The position numbers and the translations under genes were made by a program. The notes below the pieces were generated by a model that was given only the letters and a program-made list of their open reading frames with translations, was not told where the DNA came from and did not search any database. Shown piece by piece: positions 18,876 through 29,165 of a stretch of 30,613 nt of DNA (position 1 is its first letter; each line of letters begins with the position of its first letter). This DNA comes from Oligoflexales bacterium (lineage in GTDB: Bacteria > Bdellovibrionota_B > Oligoflexia > Oligoflexales > Bog-1112): positions 1 to 30,613 of the forward strand of contig JBGCDR010000050.1 in assembly GCA_045105515.1 (NCBI GenBank), given 5' to 3'.

Positions 18876-20099
18876 CTACAAAAGCTCTTGATGATTGAGT
18901 ATAAAAATATCCGTGGTCGTGCTCAATTTTATTTGACACTCAGTAAAATAATAAATAAATTCTACAAAAAAAGCCTCCCACTTGCCCAGCATTTTTTGCG
19001 GTCTAATGCTCAGGTTACCACCTTCCAAATTGCAAATCTTCCTAGATGTAAATTGGGGGTAAGCTGGACCAAAACGGAAATCTCTTTGGTTTGCGGTTGC
19101 TTGCCAAAGATAAGCATCGAAAGGCTCACCTTGATAAGAAATACTTAACTCATCATCTTTCATCTGCCATTGGATCTCTGGAAATTTTATCCCCCTAAGC
19201 ATCAGCTGAAAGGCTGCATTTACGTCCTGCCAATAGTTCATACCTTGATCTTCTAAGCGGTGACCATGATTTGGTAAATACCGTAAGCCTTTCTCACCTT
19301 GGAAGCTTTTATAATAGTGCTGTGAGGAATCCGGAAGAAAATACTCATCGTTTGCTGCATTAATGATATATTTTGGAATTTTTAGCTTTTCTCTAAAAAA
19401 ATAGGGATCGATGAGTTTCGCTAACTGAGTGAACTCATGAGAATCTATGAAAGAAGGTATATCATGCTCATAATAAGGAGCCAGGGCATCAGCCCAAAAT
19501 CCGTATATTTTAAAGTGATGTCCCATATTTGCACGGATATTTAGTAAATCATAGACCATAGGAATGATACCAATAATTCGTTTATCCTTACTCGCACTCA
19601 ACCAGCAGAGCTGCGCTCGCTTAGATTGACCTGAAATGACCAAGCCCTTTAGGCGCAAACCCTTTAGATCACGAACCGAACATTCAATAAGATCTATCAC
19701 TTTACTTACCAGTTCTTGCAACTGTAGTTGAATTAGCTCAGATTCGCTCTGGGTTTGTAAATATCGCTTCCAAGACAAGGCTATGGCATGATCCTCACTA
19801 ATAATTTTTCCAGAGTTTTTATCAATGAGTGGACCATTAGTCAGAATTCGTAGTTGGGCAACCACTGTATTTGTATGATCCCTCAAATGTTTGATCTGAG
19901 GATGCATATCATGATGATCATTGTCACCACTGCTAAGATATAAGAAGCCATACTCTGGATTTAACTTTTTTGGGAATGAAACTAACAAGCTATTATGCCA
20001 GACCCTTGGTTCAATAGCTAAGTACGATGAAACCTTACTGTCCAATAGCGCTTTATAACAATCTCTATTAACATCATATTTCATGACAGAGTCAGGCAT
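18876..20099 (-). CDS. PqaA family (PhoPQ-activated pathogenicity-related) alpha/beta hydrolase-like protein
   Basis: EDHAIALSW, SGQSKRA (family GASKRG), IDPYFFREKLKIPKYIINAANDEYFLPD, PNHGH, WQAT..RDFR, WEAFFVE. Confidence 0.88.
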   Translation of the reverse strand: MPDSVMKYDVNRDCYKALLDSKVSSYLAIEPRVWHNSLLVSFPKKLNPEYGFLYLSSGDNDHHDMHPQIKHLRDHTNTVVAQLRILTNGPLIDKNSGKIISEDHAIALSWKRYLQTQSESELIQLQLQELVSKVIDLIECSVRDLKGLRLKGLVISGQSKRAQLCWLSASKDKRIIGIIPMVYDLLNIRANMGHHFKIYGFWADALAPYYEHDIPSFIDSHEFTQLAKLIDPYFFREKLKIPKYIINAANDEYFLPDSSQHYYKSFQGEKGLRYLPNHGHRLEDQGMNYWQDVNAAFQLMLRGIKFPEIQWQMKDDELSISYQGEPFDAYLWQATANQRDFRFGPAYPQFTSRKICNLEGGNLSIRPQKMLGKWEAFFVEFIYYFTECQIKLSTTTDIFILNHQELL

Positions 20100-20115
20100 A
20101 CCTAGGGGACCTTAG

Positions 20116-20949
20116 TTAAAATTTTGACTCGGAGTAAACCAAATAGATGAGCCCCAAACCACTAGTGATATTAAGCTGAGTTTCAACTAAGGGGCTATCA
20201 TAAAATACAGATGAACGTATACTATCGTATCTAAAAAAAACTCCATAGCCCCAATGCCCCCTCCAACCACTCATGCTACTGGTGTATTTATAACCTGAGT
20301 AACCACCTTTTGAAGCATAAACTAGCCTTTTTTCAGTTGCGTCACTCGCTTCCACATCATAAAAGAATGCATTGAATTCTTGACTCGCATAAATAGGGCC
20401 AAAAAAATGTGACCAACTCAGATCAAAATTCTTAGCTTTGATTTTGAATTCAATTAATATATAGGGATCAAAAACCAGGCCTTGGTAACCTATTTTCTCT
20501 GGTCCAAAAGATAAAGTTAAGCGCAAAGGCATACGCGTCTCAATTCTTAAATTCTCATAATTAAGGTGAAATATTTTCAACTGAGGCCCAAGCTGAGCAG
20601 TAGGATCTAAGTCTTCCATACCTTTCCTAGCTTCAATGTTCTTGCTATAAACTGGTAAAGTGCCTGCATAGCCAAGATCAAGCTCCCACAGCTCAGATTT
20701 GTAAAGAATTCCTTTAACTCCTTCATCATCAATATCAAGCACTTTTCCACGATAAATCACATATGGGAAAGGAATGTATAAATGATTCAAATGCTTGGTT
20801 CCACGGTAATCAGGAACCTTAGAATATAGCAAACCGACTCCGAATTCTTTCAATGCCAAGCCTTCTTGATCGGAGCAAAATGCTGGTAAAGCAGGACAAA
20901 CATTGATAATCAAAGCCCAATACCAAAGAACCTTGATGTGTAAATCCAT
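20116..20949 (-). CDS. MipA/OmpV family outer-membrane protein
   Basis: Signal peptide, PDYRG, PFPYVIYRG, ARKGMEDLDPT, YASKGGYSG, DSPLVE and a C-terminal Phe. Confidence 0.85.
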   Translation of the reverse strand: MDLHIKVLWYWALIINVCPALPAFCSDQEGLALKEFGVGLLYSKVPDYRGTKHLNHLYIPFPYVIYRGKVLDIDDEGVKGILYKSELWELDLGYAGTLPVYSKNIEARKGMEDLDPTAQLGPQLKIFHLNYENLRIETRMPLRLTLSFGPEKIGYQGLVFDPYILIEFKIKAKNFDLSWSHFFGPIYASQEFNAFFYDVEASDATEKRLVYASKGGYSGYKYTSSMSGWRGHWGYGVFFRYDSIRSSVFYDSPLVETQLNITSGLGLIYLVYSESKF

Positions 20950-21048
20950 AAAACCACAATATAAATAAGGGATTATATTTGTTGCATAGTATCTAGATTA
21001 TAGCATATGGGAGGGTCATGCTCATCCGCTCACACTGAGCAATAAGCA

Positions 21049-21798
21049 CTATTTACCTGTTTTGTTACTCATAAAGTTTAGAAACTCAACAGGAATTGGA
21101 AAGAAGGTAGTACTTTTTCCATCACCAGAAGAAATCTCTTTCATCGTATCAAGATAGCGGAGGACAATGGCATTTTCGTGAGTATTGAGGATACCCGCAG
21201 CTTCAGCAAGTTTCTTAGCAGCCTCAAATTCACCTTCTGCTGAAATTACTTTTGCGCGCTTATCTCTCTCAGCCTGGGCTTGTTTTGCCATTGCTGCCTG
21301 CATTTCACTAGGAAGGTCAATGGCTTTGACTTCCACTGCAGTAACCTTAACACCCCATGGTTCCGTCTGCTCATCTAGAATGTTTTGCAAAGTGTTATTG
21401 ATTTGCTCTCTTTGAGATAAAATTTCATCAAGTTCAAACTGCCCTATCACAGAACGCAATGTTGTCTGGGCAATTTGCCCTGTTGCAGATAAGAAATTTT
21501 CTACTCCTATCACCGACTTAGCTGGTTCATGAACCCGAAAGTAGACCACCCCATTGACCTTCAAAGTAACATTATCCCTGGTGATGATATCCTGTGAAGG
21601 AATATCCATAGTTAGGATTCTTAAATCGGAGCGCACCATGCGTTCAATTCCAGGAATGAGTATAATCAAACCTGGTCCACGAACTGAAGTAAAACGTCCT
21701 AGTCGAAAAACAACCGCACGCTCGTACTCTTTAAGGATTTTTAAAGTGTTGAACGCTAAAATCACAGCTAACATAATAACGACATAAAGAGGAATCAT
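21049..21798 (-). CDS. Stomatin-like slipin (SPFH/Band 7) protein
   Basis: EYERAVVFRLGR, GPGL, QDIITRDNVT, AQTTLRSVIG, WGVKVTAVEVK, AKQAQAERDKRAKVI. Confidence 0.96.
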   Translation of the reverse strand: MIPLYVVIMLAVILAFNTLKILKEYERAVVFRLGRFTSVRGPGLIILIPGIERMVRSDLRILTMDIPSQDIITRDNVTLKVNGVVYFRVHEPAKSVIGVENFLSATGQIAQTTLRSVIGQFELDEILSQREQINNTLQNILDEQTEPWGVKVTAVEVKAIDLPSEMQAAMAKQAQAERDKRAKVISAEGEFEAAKKLAEAAGILNTHENAIVLRYLDTMKEISSGDGKSTTFFPIPVEFLNFMSNKTGK

Positions 21799-23210
21799 TT
21801 ATTTTCTCCAATAAATAAAGTCATATCTTCATCTTGATCAGCAGCAATCACAGCTGCTTGTCCAATCTCAAACTTATCATTTGAGCGAGCCTTCCATATT
21901 TCACCACCTACCTTTACCTGATAAACAAATATGTCACTATCTTGCTCAGACTCAAGGCATGAAGTGACAGAACAGGTTTTACCCACTAAAGAATAATAGT
22001 TTTCCTTTGCCTTAGACTTACGCATATCTTTGAAAATAAAACCACCAACAAATAGTAAGAAACCTACAATCGTCGCAACTGCGGCAACAATAAGATTCAT
22101 ACTCAAACTAATATATGCATCATCAGTTCGAAACAAAAATAATGAGCCTGTGATAAGACTGATTAATCCAGCAAGCGCAAGAAGCCCATAACTGGTGATA
22201 TAGGCCTCCATAACAAACAGAATAAAAGAAACTAGGAGAAGCCCTAAGGCTCCAAGGTTAACCGGCAAAATCTGAAATCCAATGCCAGAAAGAATCAGGC
22301 AGATGAGACCTAATAGACCTGCAAGAAACCCGCCAGGAGCCTGCAATTCTAAATAAATTAAAACAGCCCCAAGCAGAAACAAAATATATGCGGCATTAGG
22401 ATCAGCAAAGATATTCATAAGCCGTTGCCCTAAATCCCAGTCTACTGCTACAAACTCAGGATGACGACAATCCAATTCTACAGTGCGTCCTTTAAGCTCA
22501 ATCTTGCGTCCATTGAGGGTTTGTACAAGTTCCGAGCGTGAGTTTACAATTGCATCAATTAGATTCTCTTTTAGTGCATTCTGCGAAGTGAAAGAACTTG
22601 CATCTCTGATAATTTTGGCAAACAGCGCTTTATTTCTCCCCCTAATTTCAGCTAAACTTTGCACCAATGCCACTAAATCATTGATAGCTTTGTTTCTTAG
22701 GTCTTCGTTTTTTATATCCTCTGACATCTGTATCGGGGTTGCTGCACCAATATTCGTACCACTAGCCATAAGTAGTATGTGGGCACTACTGGCTATGATA
22801 GCTCCCGCGCTCGTCGCTGATGCGCCTTCAGGACTAACCCAGATAGCAGTTGGAATATTAGATTCGCCAATAATACCCATAATAGCTTTGGTGGTGCTGA
22901 CCAATCCCCCTGGAGTATTAAGTTTGATGAGAATAAGTTGATGGCCTTCTCGAGCAGCTTTTTGGAAAGAGCTTTCGATATAATTATGAGTCGCTGGATT
23001 GATTGATGAATCAATGCTTAGAACCAATATCCGATCAATTTTGATTCTTTCAATGTGCTTGGAAATTGTTGGTCTTTCATCTGCTGGCTCTTCGGAAAAA
23101 CCTTTGCTAGCAAACGAAAAAAACAAAATCTTCGCTAGAAAAACCATGAAAACGTTTCTTGCTATGGTTTTGTACTGGCGATTTATTGATAGACCAAGCT
23201 TACTTGGCAT
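21795..23210 (-). CDS. nfeD: NfeD family membrane-bound serine protease (long form)
   Basis: LNTPGG, ATSAG (catalytic Ser), TNIGAATPI, NKAIND (Lys), TM bundle, C-terminal OB fold with GEIWKARS. Overlaps the slipin start by 4 nt. Exact start uncertain. Confidence 0.93.
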   Translation of the reverse strand: MPSKLGLSINRQYKTIARNVFMVFLAKILFFSFASKGFSEEPADERPTISKHIERIKIDRILVLSIDSSINPATHNYIESSFQKAAREGHQLILIKLNTPGGLVSTTKAIMGIIGESNIPTAIWVSPEGASATSAGAIIASSAHILLMASGTNIGAATPIQMSEDIKNEDLRNKAINDLVALVQSLAEIRGRNKALFAKIIRDASSFTSQNALKENLIDAIVNSRSELVQTLNGRKIELKGRTVELDCRHPEFVAVDWDLGQRLMNIFADPNAAYILFLLGAVLIYLELQAPGGFLAGLLGLICLILSGIGFQILPVNLGALGLLLVSFILFVMEAYITSYGLLALAGLISLITGSLFLFRTDDAYISLSMNLIVAAVATIVGFLLFVGGFIFKDMRKSKAKENYYSLVGKTCSVTSCLESEQDSDIFVYQVKVGGEIWKARSNDKFEIGQAAVIAADQDEDMTLFIGENK

Positions 23211-23325
23211 AAGTATCCCTTCATGCTAAAACCAATTTGGTATCATGGGATTTATCTATCCGCATCCAAGCATTGGAAGACCTAAGTCTGTAAAGCTTGA
23301 ACCTCAAACATAAAGGCCATTTTAC

Positions 23326-23622
23326 ATGAAAGCACTTGAAAACGAAGAAATATTTACAAGCTTAGCAGAATTGCCTGAATGGAGTTATAAAGATCGCAAA
23401 CTTTATTGCCAATACACATTCAAAGATTTTGTCGAAGCTTTTGGTTTTATGGCGCAGGTTGCCCTAGAAGCAGAAAAGTTAAACCATCATCCTGAATGGG
23501 AGAACGTATATAACAAGGTGAGTATTAAGCTCATTACCCACGATGCTGGACCAGCAATCACTGAGCTAGACTTTCAGCTAGCAACTGCTATCAATGCCCA
23601 CTACAAAAAATTTAAGGATTAA
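23326..23622 (+). CDS. phhB: Pterin-4-alpha-carbinolamine dehydratase
   Basis: [37 protein letters not shown]. Confidence 0.95.
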   Translation: MKALENEEIFTSLAELPEWSYKDRKLYCQYTFKDFVEAFGFMAQVALEAEKLNHHPEWENVYNKVSIKLITHDAGPAITELDFQLATAINAHYKKFKD

Positions 23623-24205
23623 GAACTGAATAAGATTGACTCGCAGATTTGATTGGGTTTCCCCAATGGCTAACATGTTTAAGTTTCCAGAGCCTCTTCA
23701 ATCCAATAACATTATTAACTTGGTTATCATTGATCGATAACAAAACTAGATTGATGTTGGCTTCGATGGGCCCAATATCAAAAATAGCATTTGAGTCCAG
23801 CCAAAGCTTCTTAAGGGTTATTAAAGCTGAAATCGGTTCAATATTATTAATACGATTTTCACTTAAGTTGAGAGTCTGAAGCTGATCGAGGCTTCGCAAT
23901 GGCCTAAGGTCAATAATTTGGTTGGTCATCAAATTCAGCTGCTTAATGTTCTTCAATGTACCAATAGGATCTAGGACCTTGATCCCCTTATCTATGAGAG
24001 TAAGAGAATCAATTGATGCTAGGCGAATTGCAGCCTGTTCACAATTCGAAGCTTTTGCAACCGTTAGAAGTACTTGCAAGGTGTGCCTTTGATCCATATT
24101 TAACTCATTCTTCTGGAAACACATTTCAAGAAAAGAAGTTTCTTTTGCTAAGCCTATATTTGACCAGGTAAGGACCAAAAATAAGCCGAATATCAATTTT
24201 GGCAT
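23612..24205 (-). CDS. Secreted leucine-rich repeat (internalin-like) protein
   Basis: GGAGG SD, signal peptide, two-Cys N-cap, and about six 22-aa repeats such as [17 protein letters not shown]. Confidence 0.9.
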   Translation of the reverse strand: MPKLIFGLFLVLTWSNIGLAKETSFLEMCFQKNELNMDQRHTLQVLLTVAKASNCEQAAIRLASIDSLTLIDKGIKVLDPIGTLKNIKQLNLMTNQIIDLRPLRSLDQLQTLNLSENRINNIEPISALITLKKLWLDSNAIFDIGPIEANINLVLLSINDNQVNNVIGLKRLWKLKHVSHWGNPIKSASQSYSVLNP

Positions 24206-24242
24206 GAAAGCCTCCGTGTGGTTATTTAACTATAAGTAATTA

Positions 24243-24258
24243 TGCAGTTTTCATACCA
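24243..24258 (-). promoter_or_regulatory. Sigma54 (-24/-12) promoter of the LRR gene
   Basis: Minus strand reads TGGTATGAAAACTGCA (GG-N10-GC), about 38 nt before the start codon. Confidence 0.65.
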
Positions 24259-24371
24259 AACACAATAAGAAGTTAAGATGCCAAAATCATGGGACAATAT
24301 ATAATTGAATCCCATCAACTGTCTATAATTTACACAGATCCTGAATATCATATTGTTAGCAAACTGCTTGC

Positions 24372-24395
24372 CTTGTCAGAGCAATACCTGACAAG
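24372..24395. promoter_or_regulatory. Perfect inverted repeat, candidate enhancer-binding-protein site
   Basis: CTTGTCAG-N8-CTGACAAG, about 115-140 bp upstream of the sigma54 motif. Confidence 0.5.
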
Positions 24396-24471
24396 ATAGC
24401 GTTTGTTTGCATAAGAGGTTTTGATCTCCTAAAATAGTAATGAAACAGTCCATATATATTCAGGAATATTA

Positions 24472-25140
24472 ATGAGAGCTCAATTTTTTTTGTGCCTAAC
24501 AGTTTGCCTAAATCTCACTGCTTCATGCATAGCTTCCAGGGGTTACACAAAAGTTGATTACCTCGAAGATCGCTCGTTACCTGGGGTAAGCCGCAAAATC
24601 TCAATAAATTTTTCCAATCTTAGCGTGGTGCGTACCGAAAAAGGCAAGGAAAAGTCAGCGAGCATCAAACCTGTTGTAGAAGGCTTTATGCTTTCCAATA
24701 GTGGCTACTTTCTTACAATCCAATCCATTCAAGGTGAAGAAGACCTCTTTTTTCGATTCAAGACAGTTACTTTAGAGAAAGATCTTTCTTTCCTCGCAAA
24801 AGCCCCAAAATATCTTTACCTCACTGCTTCAATTTTATCCTTAACCGTGATCCCATTTTATGATCGCACTTATAGAAGACTTGAAGTAGAGGTCATCCAA
24901 GGGGGCAAGCTCTTAAAACGTTATAAATATAAAGACTACTACGTAAGGGTAAGCTGGTTTGGCATGCTTCCTTGGTGGCGGGTTTCCGACTTCGGCGATT
25001 TTTTCTATTGGGAGACCGAAGCTAGTCGCTCAGTTGACCACAACATGGTAAATCGCTTCTTAGCAGATTTCGGAAAGGACTTTCTGCCAAAACAAGTAAA
25101 AAAACAAAAAACCAGAACAAAAACAAAAACTAGAAATTAG
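24472..25140 (+). CDS. Putative lipoprotein of unknown function
   Basis: AGGA SD, short signal with lipobox-like LTASC, internal hydrophobic segment ILSLTVIPF, basic low-complexity tail. Confidence 0.75.
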   Translation: MRAQFFLCLTVCLNLTASCIASRGYTKVDYLEDRSLPGVSRKISINFSNLSVVRTEKGKEKSASIKPVVEGFMLSNSGYFLTIQSIQGEEDLFFRFKTVTLEKDLSFLAKAPKYLYLTASILSLTVIPFYDRTYRRLEVEVIQGGKLLKRYKYKDYYVRVSWFGMLPWWRVSDFGDFFYWETEASRSVDHNMVNRFLADFGKDFLPKQVKKQKTRTKTKTRN

Positions 25141-26516
25141 AAGTCATCAAATTCAACATCATAATCAGGCACATCTTCATAATCTATATCATCATCATCA
25201 AAGCTATCATCAAACATTTGTATTTCATCTACTTCAATTGGCACAGTATCGGGTAAGATTGTAGTCTCAGGCTCCTCCTGTTCGATGACTTTAAGCTCTT
25301 CTTCTCTAAATGCAGGATTTGCTTTGAAAGCTTCTAATTCAGTTTGCAGGTTTTTAAGCCTTTGACCACCCCAAGTATTTACAATACTCCGAGCATAAGT
25401 TCGAACGCGCATATCCGGATCTTCAAGTGCAGCAACTGGATAATAGTCTAAGGACTCTTTTTGGAATCCAGCTCTTTTAAAAGCTTTCAAAATAAACACC
25501 CTAGCAGCTGGATTGATCATTTTAATAGCATGCTTGAGTACATATCGCTCACCAGGAGAACTATTTACAATAAAGCGTTTCACAAAATTTGCTACCAGGC
25601 TTGGTCTAGCATCTCCCAGAGCCTTGTCGACATTTAGTTTTTTAACAGGCACTCCAAACTCCGCAAGAGCCATCACAGCACGCATTCTGGTCCAAAACAT
25701 TGTGTCATCGAGAGCATCCCACAATATGACACGACTTTGTACTAAACGACTACTCTTGACTTCTAGAACAGTCTTGTATCGCTGCCAGGGGTATCTGTTT
25801 GTAATCCCTACTCGCCAAACCTGCTCTTCTTGGGCACTCCAAATTCTTGACATTGGCTCGATCTCAGGTAGAGAGTTGGGTATATAGCTGTATACGCTAA
25901 TTTCTACTTTCCTTGGGCTTTTCGGGACCTTCACTTCCTCTAGCGCCTGAGGATTTACCGGTACTGGAGGTAAGAATGTATTGCCAGGAGCATCGATGCC
26001 CTCATCAGCTATTTTATCGCCTCCTGGAAAATTCTTAGGTTTAGCAGGCTTAGCTCTTGTAGGTTGACGTTTGGGTGGAGACGTCGGAAAGCTGTCTAAA
26101 TCTGGTTCTTCGATTCCTTGGACATTATTTATAAGATCTTGAATAGACACACCTTCTCCATCAAGGAAACTCAATCCTATGTAACCTAAGGCTACAATGA
26201 CCCCTAGAAGAATCACAAAACTAATAACCTTTTTGAGCACATCAGCAATATCAGATCCATCTTCTGGACTCAGCTGACCTTCCCCTCCAAAGCCATCATG
26301 TGGAGTATCAACACCTGGTACTCCTACATCCCCTGGAGCCCCGAAGTCTCCGCCTCCATGCCCTGGGACATAGTCCATGCTTTTGAAGCCCGAGGCAGTA
26401 TCATGACTATTAGTTAACGAAGTTTGGGCGTTATCGGCCCAATTCCCTCCCTGCCCTATATCATTAGAGAGGTTAATTTCGACACCATCAGTTGCGGGAG
26501 GAAAAGGGTTTGTCAC
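25137..26516 (-). CDS. Single-pass membrane protein with Pro-rich linker, HEAT-like helical domain and acidic tail
   Basis: GGAG SD and GTG start. TM VISFVILLGVIVALGYIGL. HEAT-like segments ALDDTMFWTRMRAVMALAEFG and ALEDPDMRVRTYA. Confidence 0.75.
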   Translation of the reverse strand: MTNPFPPATDGVEINLSNDIGQGGNWADNAQTSLTNSHDTASGFKSMDYVPGHGGGDFGAPGDVGVPGVDTPHDGFGGEGQLSPEDGSDIADVLKKVISFVILLGVIVALGYIGLSFLDGEGVSIQDLINNVQGIEEPDLDSFPTSPPKRQPTRAKPAKPKNFPGGDKIADEGIDAPGNTFLPPVPVNPQALEEVKVPKSPRKVEISVYSYIPNSLPEIEPMSRIWSAQEEQVWRVGITNRYPWQRYKTVLEVKSSRLVQSRVILWDALDDTMFWTRMRAVMALAEFGVPVKKLNVDKALGDARPSLVANFVKRFIVNSSPGERYVLKHAIKMINPAARVFILKAFKRAGFQKESLDYYPVAALEDPDMRVRTYARSIVNTWGGQRLKNLQTELEAFKANPAFREEELKVIEQEEPETTILPDTVPIEVDEIQMFDDSFDDDDIDYEDVPDYDVEFDDF

Positions 26517-26551
26517 AAAAACTCCATAAGCTTGCAGATCTTTCCCTAATC

Positions 26552-26578
26552 TTTTCGTAAAGCTTTAAAAAAATTTTA
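26552..26578 (-). promoter_or_regulatory. Candidate sigma28-type promoter of the HEAT-like membrane protein gene
   Basis: Minus strand reads TAAA-N15-TACGAAAA, 35 nt before the start codon. Confidence 0.35.
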
Positions 26579-26866
26579 GATAATTTTCAAAAATAATAGA
26601 CGAGCAAATTTTCTTATCGAGCACCATAAAGCAAATAAGGGACTGTAAAAACCTACCATTAATCGTTTTTTTTTAAATAAATTTAATCCCTTGACATTGC
26701 TGGCATAAAAAAAGAAACCTCTCTTAGGTGCTACAAATAATCATTGATTGGCCATTTAGCCAATGTTTAAGGCTTGCACTTTTGCTAGTTCATGATATCA
26801 ACCTGATACGCGTTATTGTGGTCTTTCCCGACATAAATACAGGTTTCAATCCTAGGGTTAAAACAA

Positions 26867-28993
26867 ATGGCAAAAAAGTATGAATTAGAAAATTTTCGTA
26901 ATATCGGTATTTCTGCACATATCGATTCTGGTAAGACAACCCTCACTGAGAGGATTCTATTCTATTGTGGAATGATCCATAAAATTCAGGAGGTTAGAGG
27001 TGACGGTGATGGTGCCAAAATGGACCACATGGAGCTAGAGAAAGAGCGTGGCATTACGATCACCTCCGCAGCTGTAACCGTACACTGGGATGAAACCCTT
27101 ATCCAGATCATTGACACCCCAGGTCACGTTGACTTTACCGTAGAAGTAGAGAGATCACTTAGGGTTCTTGATGGTGCAATATTAGTATTATGCGGTGCTT
27201 CTGGAGTTCAGTCCCAATCTATCACTGTAGACCGCCAGATGAAACGATACAAGGTTCCATGTATGGCATTCATCAACAAGCTTGACCGCGCAGGCGCGGA
27301 TGCTATGAATGTCATTGGACAATTGAAAGAAAAGCTTGGTCATAATGCAGTTCCAATGCAGATGCAAATTGGGCATGAAGATCAATTCGAAGGTGTAGTT
27401 AACCTTCTTACGATGAAAGCTTACTACTTCGATGGCTCTCATGGAGAGCAAATTCGCGAAGAAGAGATACCAGCAGATGAACTTGAGAAAGCTGAAGAGC
27501 TTCGTGCTGAGATGTACGATGCTGTTTCCATGTTCTCTGACGAAATGACTGAGCTTATGCTCGAAGAAAAAGAAGTTCCTGATGACTTGTTCCACAAAGT
27601 TTTACGGGAAGCTGTGATTGCAAGGCAGATCACCCCAGTATTTATGGGCTCGGCCTTCAAAAACAAGGGTGTGCAGTTGCTGTTGAACGCAGTCCAACGA
27701 TACCTACCAAGTCCTCTTGATCGTACATATGAAGCAATTGACAATGATAAAGTTAACGATGAGCATGCGAGCGAAAAAGACGCTAAAATCGAGATCGTTC
27801 CAGACAAGACCAAACCTCTCGTAGCAATGGCCTTTAAGATCACTGAGGAAACATACGGGCAGCTTACCTACACCCGGATTTACCAAGGAACCATGAAAAA
27901 AGGTGAATCTTTCTACAACCCACGCCTACGTAAAAAACAACGGATCGGCAGGATTGTAAGGATGTTCTCCAACGACCGTAAAGATATCGACTTTGCTGAA
28001 GCAGGTGATATCATTGCGATGATTGGTGTTGATTGTGCATCTGGTGATACTTATTGTGACGAAAACCTAAACGTAACCCTAGAAAGTATGCACGTTCCTG
28101 ACCCGGTAATCGAACTTGCACTTAAAGCAGAGAAGCAAGAAGACTTGGTTAAGGTTTCCAAAGCTCTCAACCGCTTTATGAAAGAAGACCCTACTTTTAA
28201 AGTAAGTGTCGATGAAGAGTCCAACGAGACCATCATCAAAGGCATGGGTGAACTCCACCTTGAAATTTACGTGCAACGAATTCAGCGAGAATACAAAGCA
28301 AACGTTGCAGTCGGCCAGCCGAAAGTAAACTATCGTGAAGCTCCTACCTTGCAGGCTGCTTTCGACTACAAACACAAAAAGCAAACTGGTGGTTCTGGTC
28401 AGTACGGTCACGTTGTCGGTAGCCTTGCTCCACTAGGTGAAGAAGCTGAAGAAAATTTCATGTTTAAAAGCAACGTTGTGGGCGGAACCATTCCCAAAGA
28501 ATACATCCCAGGTTGCGAAAAAGGCTTTAAAGAGTCTATGACAAAAGGACCTCTTGCAGGGTTCCAGGTTATTAAAGTAGAAATCAACCTCGATGAAGGT
28601 ACTTATCACCCGGTTGACTCTTCTGAAATGGCTTTCAAACTAGCCTCTCGCCAAGCCTTTAAGCAGGCTTTTTTAAACTCTAAGCCTGTTATTTTAGAGC
28701 CGATCATGTCCGTTGAAGTTGAAACCCCCACAGAGTTTCAAGGAACTGTACAGGGTGATTTATCTTCACGCCGTGGGTTCTTAACTGGAAGTGATATGCG
28801 GGAAGACTTCACCATCATCAACTGTGAAGTTCCTCTTGCTGAGATGTTCGGCTACTCAACTGAACTACGTTCCATGACTCAGGGCAAAGCTGGTTTCTCA
28901 ATGGAATTCTGCAAATATCGTCCTGTTCCAGCATCCATTCAAGAACAGCTTATTTCTAAATTCAAAGAAGCTCAGGCCAAGGGTAACAAGTAA
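26867..28993 (+). CDS. fusA: Elongation factor G (spdEFG1/mtEFG1-like subfamily)
   Basis: [71 protein letters not shown]. Confidence 0.98.
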   Translation: MAKKYELENFRNIGISAHIDSGKTTLTERILFYCGMIHKIQEVRGDGDGAKMDHMELEKERGITITSAAVTVHWDETLIQIIDTPGHVDFTVEVERSLRVLDGAILVLCGASGVQSQSITVDRQMKRYKVPCMAFINKLDRAGADAMNVIGQLKEKLGHNAVPMQMQIGHEDQFEGVVNLLTMKAYYFDGSHGEQIREEEIPADELEKAEELRAEMYDAVSMFSDEMTELMLEEKEVPDDLFHKVLREAVIARQITPVFMGSAFKNKGVQLLLNAVQRYLPSPLDRTYEAIDNDKVNDEHASEKDAKIEIVPDKTKPLVAMAFKITEETYGQLTYTRIYQGTMKKGESFYNPRLRKKQRIGRIVRMFSNDRKDIDFAEAGDIIAMIGVDCASGDTYCDENLNVTLESMHVPDPVIELALKAEKQEDLVKVSKALNRFMKEDPTFKVSVDEESNETIIKGMGELHLEIYVQRIQREYKANVAVGQPKVNYREAPTLQAAFDYKHKKQTGGSGQYGHVVGSLAPLGEEAEENFMFKSNVVGGTIPKEYIPGCEKGFKESMTKGPLAGFQVIKVEINLDEGTYHPVDSSEMAFKLASRQAFKQAFLNSKPVILEPIMSVEVETPTEFQGTVQGDLSSRRGFLTGSDMREDFTIINCEVPLAEMFGYSTELRSMTQGKAGFSMEFCKYRPVPASIQEQLISKFKEAQAKGNK

Positions 28994-29029
28994 ACAGACC
29001 CGACCGAATATTATTTGTATGCTCCTTTG

Positions 29030-29077
29030 AAAAAACACTGTCTTTGGCCCTTTGTGGGACTGGGGGCGGTGTTTTTT
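29030..29077 (+). terminator. Rho-independent terminator of fusA
   Basis: AAAAAACACTGTC...GGCGGTGTTTTTT, a G-U-rich stem followed by a T6 tract. Confidence 0.7.
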
Positions 29078-29080
29078 GCA

Positions 29081-29108
29081 TTGACGAAACCTTACTCAGG
29101 TTTAAACT
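29081..29108 (+). promoter_or_regulatory. Sigma70-type promoter for the small ORF
   Basis: TTGACG-N16-TAAACT immediately after the fusA terminator. Confidence 0.5.
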
Positions 29109-29165
29109 TTAATTACCAGTTCAATTTTGAAGGTACGTATTATTTCCCGTGAATAAGGCTGAGCC

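Noticed and set aside
25098..25137. A-rich repeat AAAAACAAAAA(A)CYAGAA twice
   Set aside because: Low-complexity coding for the basic tail of the lipoprotein.
2339..28411. Many 60-190 aa ORFs in the track overlapping larger genes (e.g. 2339-2908, 22483-22941, 25513-25887, 27188-27843)
   Set aside because: Antisense or alternate-frame shadows of well-supported genes, with no motifs or SD.
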